In this document: positions 54,239 to 64,000 of the stretch, in pieces
Numbering within the stretch: position 1 is the first letter of the stretch
Layout of the letters: each line of letters opens with the position of its first letter
From: an uncultured virus (IMG/VR IMGVR_UViG_3300025066_000021)
Lineage: Duplodnaviria; Heunggongvirae; Uroviricota; Caudoviricetes
Reading direction: 5' to 3' (one strand)
Length of the DNA: 64,000 nucleotides
IMG/VR virus record: IMGVR_UViG_3300025066_000021
Made by a program: the position numbers and the translations under genes
The notes under the pieces: model-generated
What the model saw: only the letters and a program-made list of their open reading frames with translations
What the model was told of the DNA's origin: nothing
The model's database searches: none

Positions 54239-54836
54239 AAACTTACCAACCGAATACACAGAGTTTATTCATCAAGTAATTGAGGCGACTCGTGCAATCC
54301 GAGATATTACCGGAGGAACGAATGCATTTACTCAAGAGAAAGAACACTCAGTTACTCCTGGTGAATACAGAAATAGATACACAAAGCTCCAGAATATAGG
54401 TAGCGAATCAGAGCAGCAATTACTGAGTCTGGAACAACACGTAAACCTAGAACAACATGCAGACCTAGAAACAGAGTTTGACGCATTAGCCGTGGAACCC
54501 GCAGAGGATTTTAAGGGAGAGGCTGTTGAACCAGATTTTAATAAATTCACCCAGGAGTTTGATGACTTTAAAGCTGTTGAACTAGATAAACTCGCAGAAC
54601 AAGCTGGACAAGTAGCAGTAGAATATTTTAAACCTGACTTCTGGGATTGTTTACCCAGGACAGGAGAACAAGTAGAATATTTTATCGGAGAAAACGGTCC
54701 TTGGCAAAACCAAGTATTAGGAATAGATTTATCTTGTGATTGTAAACCAAGTCTTCTATTACATAGATGGGTTGCTTTTACTGAAGCAGACATAAAATCA
54801 GGTTACTCAAATTTTAAGATTGTAGGTAAAAAATGA
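54225..54836 (+). CDS. hypothetical acidic protein with internal degenerate repeats
   Basis: EFDxxxAVE / AVEPxF recurrences. Confidence 0.65.
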   Translation: MARFKNLPTEYTEFIHQVIEATRAIRDITGGTNAFTQEKEHSVTPGEYRNRYTKLQNIGSESEQQLLSLEQHVNLEQHADLETEFDALAVEPAEDFKGEAVEPDFNKFTQEFDDFKAVELDKLAEQAGQVAVEYFKPDFWDCLPRTGEQVEYFIGENGPWQNQVLGIDLSCDCKPSLLLHRWVAFTEADIKSGYSNFKIVGKK

Positions 54837-55097
54837 TTTTCTCACTCTTAGTAACAACACTTGTGTTATCTGTAGTCTTAGGATATTCAGTAGTAGGTTT
54901 ATACGCTATGGCTAAATTAATCAGGATATTCGGATGGAGTAAGATGCCGTGGCAACCTGTGGCTATTTATGCAGCAGGAATTCTGTTTTGTGTGTTAGGT
55001 TTATTTTACTTGTGGTGCGATAAAATCTCGGTGACTCTTTAATACCTTGGGTATTTGATTTTTTGGGCCTGTTTTCCGAGAAATCCCGATTTCTTTT

Positions 55098-55386
55098 TTC
55101 CCTCTATTTAATGGGATTTCTAAACTTTTCTACTAGGGTAAAGCAAAAATATTTAGGGTAACTTTTTGAGTTGGATATCCAGGTGTTAGCTCAGGATATA
55201 AGGTTTTTGAGTAAAACAGCATTCCCGCTTGGCTACAGGGAATGCTTGTAGCTCAGGGAATTGCCTTTTTGTCTTGAATCAGGTGTTTGAGGATCTTTTT
55301 TAGTTTTGAATCCCATAAAAATTAATTCCCTCTATTTAATGGGATTTCTAAACTTTTCTACTAGGGTAAAGCAAAAATATTTAGGG
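55098..55386. repeat. exact 61-bp direct repeat pair
   Basis: 55098-55158 equals 55326-55386 (TTCCCTCTATTTAATGGGATTTCTAAACTTTTCTACTAGGGTAAAGCAAAAATATTTAGGG). Confidence 0.95.
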
Positions 55387-56195
55387 GTTGAGGAGTACGG
55401 ACTGGTTTGACAAGAAATTTGAAAATTATTTTTGGGATTTAAAATTTTGGGGAAAAGTATATTAGAAATTATTTTTTTAAAAAACCCTAAAAAAATAAAT
55501 TTTACAAAACTTGAAAGAAAAAAGAATTTTGTGGGAACGTCCTCGCATTTTCCCGTAATACAAATTTTCAAAAATAGAGGCTTGATTTACAGGTTTTTCG
55601 GACATTTGTGCAAATAGCCTCTATTTACTAGGGAATCCCGTTGTTAATCATGTATCCTGGTTCTCTCGGTAATACTTGTTTACTTAGTTCTTATAATAAC
55701 TATAACTAGATTACTCAGTTTCTGGGCTATATTAATATCCGGTAATCGAAAACCCCAAATTATATAGTTACCCCTTTTTCTCCTAGTAATTCCACAAAAA
55801 GCGCTTGTTACCCTTACAATTTAGTACAATATCGTTGACACACCCTAGTTATCCTTATATACTTAATAAATGACCAATACCTACACGCTCTAAGATGTAA
55901 GGAGTTAGCATGCAAAAAGTAGTTTTTACGGAACAGATTAACCAAAGCGAACTTAGCAGGGACAACTTCATTCTATTTATTCATTACGAATCATCTATAA
56001 CAATGTATTTAGCCCACGATTTTAAAGATAGCATGTACTGGCTTATTGATATTAGTAAACAAGGAATTTCAACAGAAGGTCCATATAAAAACTTAGACCA
56101 AGTTTTTGAATTCACTAAAGATAGTTATCACATATACAAATGTGCTAACGAAAAAGAATTTTTGGAGAGGCTGCATAAGTTCAGGGGTTACTAGT

Positions 56196-56920
56196 ATGAA
56201 GATGTATGAAGCACGGGTATATCTAGGGACAAAAATGGGATTACTATAGACGAGATAGAAGTAGACGGAATACTCGAAGACCAAGGAAGAGTAAAACGAG
56301 GCTTGGCGTAAGAGTTTATTGAAACGAAGTATACCAAGAAGTGCATGACTAGAACTGAGGCAATCGAATTCGTTATAGCCAAACTAGAAAACGAAGTACC
56401 CGGTTTAAAAGAAATGGCTAAATTATATCAAGACTCACTAGACAAGCATATCACCGAGATTAATCTATGGAAACTCAGACTAAATGAATGATACCCATGA
56501 GTTAAAGGCAGTTGAGGACTGATGTTACCACTACGTTTTAGTATAAGCTGTATTAAAAAGAAAACCGGGACACTAGAACAATTCATATACGATTATCAAC
56601 CTTTTAAAATTAAAGATTCAACTGAATTTAGAGCGAGTTTAGCCAGCCTCATAAAGTATATTAAGGAAGAAGAATGATATTACCTGATTGGTGTGACCTA
56701 AGCAGTAAGAAAGAAAAAGGTCAAGATTTTAATCCGTTAGAACAATTTATCTAGGACAACGAACCAGCAGGACAGGACGAACATGAGTTTAGAGCAGGGC
56801 TAGCCAAGTTAATTGGTTATGTCAAAGGAACTGGGGATGAGTAAAGATTTGGAGTCAGGGTATTACTGGGCAACACAAGGATCTGAGGACCTCAAGTTAT
56901 ACTAGAAAAGATTGACGGCA
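56196..56920 (+). pseudogene. cluster of decayed small genes
   Basis: In-frame TAA at 56309; in-frame TAG at 56752 within NPLEQFI*DNEPAG (the neighbouring paralog reads LEQFIYDYQP); apparent frameshifts near 56230 and 56890. Confidence 0.6.
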
Positions 56921-58189
56921 TGTTTCTTATTACAGGGTGTGATACTATGTTTACCCAAGAGTACATTAACATTGAGTATTCTTACTTAACTAAAGTTAAT
57001 GAGCCAGAGCCTCTTTCCTGGACATCAGTTGCAGAAGAACAGGGAGACCTGTTTACTATACAGGAATTCATAGATATGTGTGAATGTGGGGCTTGGCTTG
57101 ATGGAACAGGGTGTTATGCATACCAAGATAAAGTAAGTAACATCTATCTTAGCCCGTCTGACCTGCTTTGCGGTGAGTTAAGAGACGATTTTACACATGT
57201 AATGTGGTATAATCAATAAAGGGTAGTATGAAAAAATCAGTTGTAATAAGTTTAGATAGTAAAAATTTTCAAGAGTTTCTTGAGAAGCACGGGATTTGTT
57301 CTGAGGTCTTTGATACTTATGAACCCAATGAAACCGAGGTAATGTTAACAGAAATTAATCACATAGTTAAACATACACCTAGGTCAGATCAAGAGATAAA
57401 TAAGGAAGTTGAAGACATGTATCAAAGATGTTTGAGCGCACACCCGGATATAACTGCTGAGGATGCCGAAAGAACTCGTGAAGCTTTGTATACAGGCGCA
57501 CACACAACTCTTGTGACGACCAAGCGTTTGATTTAACCGACTACACAAGAACCCAAGTCCTTGACGATATTGCTTGTAGTATTTCTATGGGCGGTACAGA
57601 GAATATCGGATGGCGTAAATCTGATAACGCAACCAAATCTGAGGAAGAATATATAGGGGTTTTGGTATACAAACTATTCCCTGAGTTAGGAGAGTAATGA
57701 ATCTTAGGAAACTTGAGATTAAGTCTAGTCAACGAGGGAACAAGTGCGGTAATACCATAGAAACTAATGCTGGGACTATAGAAGTTTCTTGTTCTGACAG
57801 AGCTGATTTGCCTGTGTATAGCGGTACAGTAATCCATGTTTGTGACCAGGATATTTTTTTAATTGCTGTAAAAGGACTTCACCTAGAAATACCTTGGGAT
57901 GATGATTTCCGGCGTAACAGAGAAAGAGTAAGAGCAGAGATTCGAGAAAGCATAGAAGCAGAGAAAGAAGAGCGAAGAAAAAACCGCAAACCCAGAGAAA
58001 AAGTAATTCCGGGAAGAGAAAAAGTGTTAAGCACGAGAAAAGGGAATACAGTTACCCTAGAATATGGGAAGTTTGTTCATGTATACGGTCTCGGTAAAAT
58101 TGAGAGAATTGAAAGGAAACTAGGTTTAGAATAATAGGGTTGACGTTAGAAGAATACTGAGTTACAATATAATTAATTAAGGAGGAATT

Positions 58190-58996
58190 ATGGAAAAGCT
58201 GGTAAATACCTACGGAATAGAAGTCTCTAACGCCTTTCAGAAAGAAAACGGGAAATTCTATTATACCTCGGATTGCTTGAGATGTTGTGGCGACGGGATT
58301 CTCAGAGGGTTCATGCATATTGACAACGGGGTTTGTTTTCGTTGCTCGGGAAGTCGCAAGGAACAAAAAGCATCCAGGGCTTACACACCCAAGGAATTTG
58401 CTCGTAAACAGGCTAATAAAGAAAGAGCAGCTACTCGAAAAATTAATAAAGCTAACCAGGAACGCCAGGAACGATTGGCTAACCTAGATTCTTTGTTAAC
58501 AAGAGTTGATATAGCAGGCATCATGGCTTACCGGGCTCGTTGGAATTCTACAGAAAAGAAACCCTTTCATTACGACACAGCAATAGAAATGATTGATAGG
58601 GCTGGTACAACAGGACTTAGCCAAAAAGCTGTTTCTTTTTTGGAAAAGATTGTTGTTGACTTTGAAGCTCAGCACTTGAACAGAGAAGCTGCTAATGCAA
58701 ATAAAATTCATGTAGGAACTCCAGGGGTTCGTGAAGAATTTAGTGTAACCATTAAATTTCGCAAAGAACTTCCCTGTCAATACCAAGGTTTCAAAGAGAT
58801 GGTGAAGCTTGAGACCCCTGAGGGCAACGAATTAGTTTACTTTGGTAAAGCTCTTATTGGAGTGCCTGTAGATCATCCACTAGTTATTAAAGCTACAGTC
58901 AAAACGTGGGATGACTACCAAGGAACTAAGTACACTATAGTCACACGACCAAAAGTATTGTCTAACCCAGAGAGTTCTGATATAATAGATATATGA
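58190..58996 (+). CDS. zinc-ribbon protein with putative C-terminal OB-like domain
   Basis: CxRCxGxG...NGVCFRCxG; C-terminal HVGxxGxR...IKATVKxxxxYxGxxxT..TRPK. Confidence 0.6.
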   Translation: MEKLVNTYGIEVSNAFQKENGKFYYTSDCLRCCGDGILRGFMHIDNGVCFRCSGSRKEQKASRAYTPKEFARKQANKERAATRKINKANQERQERLANLDSLLTRVDIAGIMAYRARWNSTEKKPFHYDTAIEMIDRAGTTGLSQKAVSFLEKIVVDFEAQHLNREAANANKIHVGTPGVREEFSVTIKFRKELPCQYQGFKEMVKLETPEGNELVYFGKALIGVPVDHPLVIKATVKTWDDYQGTKYTIVTRPKVLSNPESSDIIDI

Positions 58997-59508
58997 GCAG
59001 ATTACTTCGAGAAGAGCTATGCCCCTTCTTTAAAATAGACGATACACCTTATCTTTACACTGTATATGGAGACAAGATTCCTTTTATTACGGGACCTTTA
59101 CCTGAATCCTCAAGTTCGGTTTACTGTAAAATTGAGGGGAAAAGGAAACCAGAATACTTCATACTAATTAACGGGCTTTCGATAAAGCTTAAAGTCGATC
59201 CACTAGATCTGAGTCACTGGCCTTTTATTCCTAGCAGAAAAGATAAGATAGAAGCTTGGGTAAACGGTACGAAAAATACTCTTGAGGTTTTGGAAATAAC
59301 AAAAGAGTCAGAAGGCCCAGGAATTGTTTATCATTCCTGCGGTTCCAGGGTCACTCAATTCTTTAGTAAGTCGCATTGGTCTGATATCTATTTTACGAAA
59401 GGGTAACATGGAAACAGCGAGATTGCCATATAAACAAGAAACTAAACGGAAATCCTTGAAAGAGCGTCATTTAAAAAGTAGAGAGCAATCTAAAACAAGG
59501 TAAGTAAT

Positions 59509-60604
59509 ATGGAAAGCGATGTAGCCAAGAAATTAATGAAGGGCTGCTACGATATATGTTTTGTATCCGGGGTACTAATAACGGCTCTCATACTCCAGGA
59601 TTTGTGGAACGACACTAGAGATAATTTTACTATAGTATTATCGGCTATGCTAATATTTACAGTGTATTCTTATGTATTCTTAGAATCTAGACTGAAGAAA
59701 TTAAGAAGGTTATAATGGGAAATGGTGTAGTAGAAAGATTGATGTGGATGTGTATAGTCTTAGTCGTAACCTCTGGAGCAGCAGGACTTATATTTTTATT
59801 TCAAGATTTAGGTAATGGAACCAGAGTTAATGGTACAATAATTCTCGCCTCCATAGCAACGTGTATAATTTATTGCGTTGGTCAGATAATCTTGGTAAAC
59901 AAATTGGATAAATTATGATACCGAGTACTACAAGTCTATATGCTTGGCTACTTATTTTAAATTCACTGGCAACTCTGTGTTTACTACTTGGAGGCGCAGT
60001 CATTTACCCTGTGTATTCTGATACACCTAGTACCTATAAATATCTGCTAAACCTAACGTATACTAGTGCTTGGGTGTACGGCTTTTGTACGGTATGTTTG
60101 AGTATGAGAGAAAAATCATGACAACAAGTATAATCCAAAAAATGATTCTACTGAATTTCTTTGTAGTCGTAGTATTATTTTTTGGATTCTCTGCTTTGGC
60201 AATACTAGAGATAGAGGGAATTTCAGTAAACATAAAAGCTTGGTCTAACGGTTTGTTGGCATTATTAATTGCGCATATATGTAATATCAGTTATTTTGTA
60301 GACATAGAAAGGAATACGTATGACTGATACAGAACTTGATTTGGCTGGGTTCACTTGGTTAATACATTCTATTTTACGGGCTTATTAGAGGAAGATTAAC
60401 ATGGAAATAAAAGCACTAGAAAATCTGTTCCTGCTAAGCTTCGGGGTATTCTTGATATCCTGCCTTAGTTTACTAACATTTGCTATACTAGGGCCAGAAT
60501 ACACTGATACTTTTAAATTTTTTCTAGCCCAAACTGGGCTATACTATTGTCTGACTTTCTGGATATGTAATGTAGTCACGTCAAATAGGGGAGTGGTGAT
60601 ATGA
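59509..60604 (+). CDS. run of at least 5 tandem small (~67-85 aa) two-helix membrane proteins
   Basis: Overlapping stop/start junctions, each ORF with two hydrophobic stretches. Confidence 0.65.
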
Positions 60605-61212
60605 AAATACCTGATGAATTAGTAGTAGGAAAAGTAAAGATTAAAAACAAGATGCACAGGCTGCTCAAGCTAGATTCTAGTGATTACAGTTGGATGGCTT
60701 CAGTAGGGCTAACTTTTGTGCCAGGAGAACACGTAGCAAGTCTAGAAGACGAGAACACTTGTTATGATGAGTTTTTTGGAATAACCTATTCTGATGTATT
60801 AAAAGTTGGGGAAGACTGTTCTATTAGCTTTATACACGTTTCGGGGAAAGGGGAGTGTAGTTGGGCAGAACCTGTTATACCACAATTCTTGATGTGGTAT
60901 AACCAACATATCGAAGAAGAGGTTGGCGCTGATTTCGTAAGACAAGCGTTTCAAGGGGAGTCTTGTTACTATTATCACAGAGAGAAAAAGAAATTACAAT
61001 TTTCCAGGAAAGATAAAGGGCATCTCATTGATATGCACTCAAGCTTCAAATCCTGGGCTGTATTAACTCTTGTACAAAACGCTGGATTTGATTACAAAGA
61101 TTTTCAGGTTTATGAGAATGCAAAGTGGTTTGACATAGATTGGTCCGTGCTCAAACAACAACACTACTTAGAAAACGGGATATTCAGATTCAATTGGAGG
61201 GAAAATGTATAA
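60601..61212 (+). CDS. hypothetical protein
   Basis: 203-aa ORF, translationally coupled. Confidence 0.65.
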   Translation: MKIPDELVVGKVKIKNKMHRLLKLDSSDYSWMASVGLTFVPGEHVASLEDENTCYDEFFGITYSDVLKVGEDCSISFIHVSGKGECSWAEPVIPQFLMWYNQHIEEEVGADFVRQAFQGESCYYYHREKKKLQFSRKDKGHLIDMHSSFKSWAVLTLVQNAGFDYKDFQVYENAKWFDIDWSVLKQQHYLENGIFRFNWRENV

Positions 61213-62110
61213 TTTTAATTTTATGGGAATGGCGATAAGTCTTGTGTGTATTGGTGTAGTCCTGGGGGTTATTCTAACTGGTGTATGCGTTGGGATACAC
61301 TGGCTGTTTGTCTCTGGGTATCCTAATGTAGGATGGAGCGTAATTACCGGAGCATTATTAGTGTCATTAGTTGTTATGGCTTGGAAAAATGGTAAGTCAA
61401 TTCTATAGGTCATAAATGATTAATCAAATAAGCTTTTACGATTTAGTGTGCTGTATAAAATGCGGAACTAAGTTATACGTGGATTCTGACCCTGGACCTG
61501 TAGAAACAGAGAAGTCGTGTGGTAACTGCGGTTGGTCTTGTCTAGAACTCGGTGGCCCTCAAGACCCCAAAACTGATGAAGGTAATAAGAAATGGACATA
61601 GCAGTATTGCTTTCTCTAGGAATAGGCTCTTATGTTGGAAGAAGCTTTAAAGCTTATACACGAATTACATTTAGAACCTAGGGATTTTTTGCAGGCTGAC
61701 GTTGATATGGGATGGATGCCCTTTTTAACAGAGATGCCCGTAGTTTATCTGCATAACGTAAAATTCAGATTCTACTGGAACAGAAAATCATGAAAATATA
61801 CCGAGCTATCCAAGATTTAACCGAAGATACCACAGGTGAGAGTGAAGTAGCTATTAAAGCTGTGATTTCTGTTAACGGTTATGAATATGAAGTTGAAATG
61901 GATATATCTAGTATTGAATCCAGCGGAGAGACAAAGGTTATTTGTTGTTCTGGGGATATAGATCATGATCTAGATGAGGAAGAATATCCTTATGAGGAGT
62001 ATTAGTGCAAGCGGATTCCTGTTTGCACCGGAAAAAGACGGAAAAGCCCGAATTAAAAAGAAGTTTTTTGTACAGACACTAATTTACGTTTAGAAAGAGA
62101 AGGCTTGATT

Positions 62111-62839
62111 ATGGATGAGACTTTATTGCCTTGCCCTGAATGTGAAAGTTCTAGAGTGCTTTTAGAATGTATAACTACTCGGTTTGATTTTGATGAATTT
62201 AGAGGCTTATGTTTAAATTGTGGTTTCTCTGGAATGCAAGGAACTATAGAAGACAAAGAGAAGTGTATACAGTTTTGGAACTCTTTGACCAGATCTAATG
62301 AGCTATCCGAGAATCCTATTTCTACTGAGATGTTAGAGTTTTACCATACCAGAACATTTGCTCGTATACACCGAGTGCATAACAGAGCTGTTCAGCTAGC
62401 ATGTTCCTTGCTTAGTGACCCAGAAGAGCAACGTGAGTTTCTAAAACAAGTCCTTAAACACGATTTGTCCAAATACTCTGAACAGCAATACTTAGCATAC
62501 GTAGAATTTTCATGGTGTATGAAGCATAGAGAGCCTCTTAGTGACGACTTGAAAGAGAGGTTTGGGGTTGCATGGGAACACCACTATAATAATGAGAATC
62601 ACCATCCCGAAACTCCAGGGAAATCACACACCAGACTAGAGTGTTATGAAATAACCTGCGACCTTCAAGCAATGGCAGACGAGTTTAATGAGGGCAGTTG
62701 CAGGCAATACTGGGAAAATGTTTGGTTACCTAAACATAAATGGGAAAAAACAGACCAAAGATACTTATGGATGGAGCAAGCAGTTAACAAGTTTGACGAG
62801 ATAACTGCTTCCGAAGAAGATGTTTATGACAAAAAGTAA
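62111..62839 (+). CDS. Lar-like zinc ribbon fused to DUF5662-like HD domain
   Basis: LLPCPEC...CLNCG...WN; KHDLSKYS, AWEHHYxxxxHHPE, ExxCDxxAM. Confidence 0.65.
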   Translation: MDETLLPCPECESSRVLLECITTRFDFDEFRGLCLNCGFSGMQGTIEDKEKCIQFWNSLTRSNELSENPISTEMLEFYHTRTFARIHRVHNRAVQLACSLLSDPEEQREFLKQVLKHDLSKYSEQQYLAYVEFSWCMKHREPLSDDLKERFGVAWEHHYNNENHHPETPGKSHTRLECYEITCDLQAMADEFNEGSCRQYWENVWLPKHKWEKTDQRYLWMEQAVNKFDEITASEEDVYDKK

Positions 62840-63215
62840 ACCTAAAAAAAGTTTGTTTAGGGTAATGGAAGGTTACGCCTTGTTGTATCAAGGACATTCT
62901 GAAGAGATAGCAAAAGAATTTTTTACTCAAGCTGCTTTAAGAGAGCAGGTGACTACTAAATTGCAGGTGTATAAAGAAGATTGGGAAACACTTGATTTTT
63001 CAGAAGTAGTGTTCCCAATAATTTGAGCGGAGGGAATTAATGATAGCCAATATAGTTGCAACTATAACTTTATCAGCCATTCTTCTGGTATGTGTGTATG
63101 TAGGGGGAGTGCTGACTCTCATGGCAGCAGTTACTGCTCAAAAAGAGATTCCTTGGGCAGTTATCCTAGGAAGCTTAGTCGGAACAATAGCCACTAGTAG
63201 GCTACTCTATGAAAT

Positions 63216-63944
63216 TTGGGTGTAGAAACCGTGGAAACTTTGTACAAAGTTAACATAAAAACAGGGAAAGTCAGGCTAGACAGTATAACCGTTGACGAAA
63301 GAAACGAGATGGACAGTCTGTACGGAAACAGCGTATTTATACAGTCGGACTTGTTTTGCAGCTTAAACAGGGCTGGTCTTATGGAGTACTTTCTTGAGTA
63401 TCACAGGAATAAGAGTTTATACCAAGAGCTGAAAAGCAAGATAGAATCGTTGTTGATTTGTGATGTAGAAGGATTCTTTTGTAATTCTGATATTTTTTTG
63501 TGGAGAAAAAATTTATGGTTTGAAGATAATACTCAATTGGTGTTTACAGATCAAACTTGTTTTCCCAGAGGAGAAAACTATATATTTGCTGCTACTAGAG
63601 AAGAGATGATCTCCAGGTTAACTGAGTCTATTAAAATTAAAAATGATTTTTTAATTTCTAGACAGGAAGAAATGTTTGAGGGAATAGAAGATAAGCTTGA
63701 AACTCTGTATATCATTGATACAGATAATCTAGACAAAGGAAAACAAGCACTCAAAATGGAAACTATCCAGGATGCAGATGAGGATTGGTTTTATTGTGTA
63801 AGTGGTAACAAGTATGAGACAGACGGGCTCACCCTAATTGTAGAGCAGGCTTTATCTGAGGCAAAACAGGAGGTTCGCTGGACAATAGACCATCGGAATG
63901 AGATTTTAATAAACCGACTGAAAATAATCAGGGATTCTGGTTGA
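63216..63944 (+). CDS. hypothetical protein
   Basis: 242-aa ORF in operon. Confidence 0.6.
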   Translation: MGVETVETLYKVNIKTGKVRLDSITVDERNEMDSLYGNSVFIQSDLFCSLNRAGLMEYFLEYHRNKSLYQELKSKIESLLICDVEGFFCNSDIFLWRKNLWFEDNTQLVFTDQTCFPRGENYIFAATREEMISRLTESIKIKNDFLISRQEEMFEGIEDKLETLYIIDTDNLDKGKQALKMETIQDADEDWFYCVSGNKYETDGLTLIVEQALSEAKQEVRWTIDHRNEILINRLKIIRDSG

Positions 63945-64000
63945 CGTATTACGTATTTATCGGTTACGATTAATTAACAAAGGATAAACAGTGTTTGGAT

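Noticed and set aside
55332..55617. ORFs 55332..55571 and 55432..55617
   Set aside because: Low-complexity K/F/I-rich translations of A/T tracts without an RBS
26351..56754. TAG stop-codon reassignment suggested by in-frame TAGs
   Set aside because: TAG ends clear genes (e.g. cca, FtsK motor) at natural positions, lesions also include TAA and frameshifts, and no suppressor tRNA was seen

Overview
The window reads as part of a large, AT-rich bacteriophage genome, probably the early/accessory region. This is an inference from dense short ORFans, strong RBSs and anti-defence/RNA-repair genes; no structural or replication genes were recognised. Genes diverge from a non-coding centre at ~7070-7490 (minus strand to the left, mostly plus strand to the right). 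About 31 copies of a non-canonical promoter-like motif (TTATTCYCAC-TTGACC-N12-TAYTAN) precede genes in both arms. A conserved 22-bp box (TGGAGTTACCTTATTCTATGAA, 13 copies) mostly sits between terminators and these promoters, while canonical sigma70-type promoters dominate the right part. Recognisable genes: CCA-adding enzyme, MazG-like/alarmone-hydrolase HD fusion, HAD phosphatase, radical SAM, DUF932, SprT, DUF2958, two ArdA-like and two Lar-like proteins, split FtsK, GHKL ATPase-zincin, response regulator, DUF5565 RNA ligase-like protein, two separated halves of a DNA-phosphorothioation-associated methyltransferase, tRNA(CAT), and an IS607 element (small ORF-tnpA-tnpB). The most unusual feature is a non-coding RNA cluster at ~46000-47100: two oversized tRNA-like RNAs flank an orphan IS607 TnpB omega-RNA scaffold that shows compensatory base changes. 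Further ORF-less structured RNA candidates lie at ~7540, ~24480 and ~49540. All protein family calls are from motif recognition by eye, not database searches.
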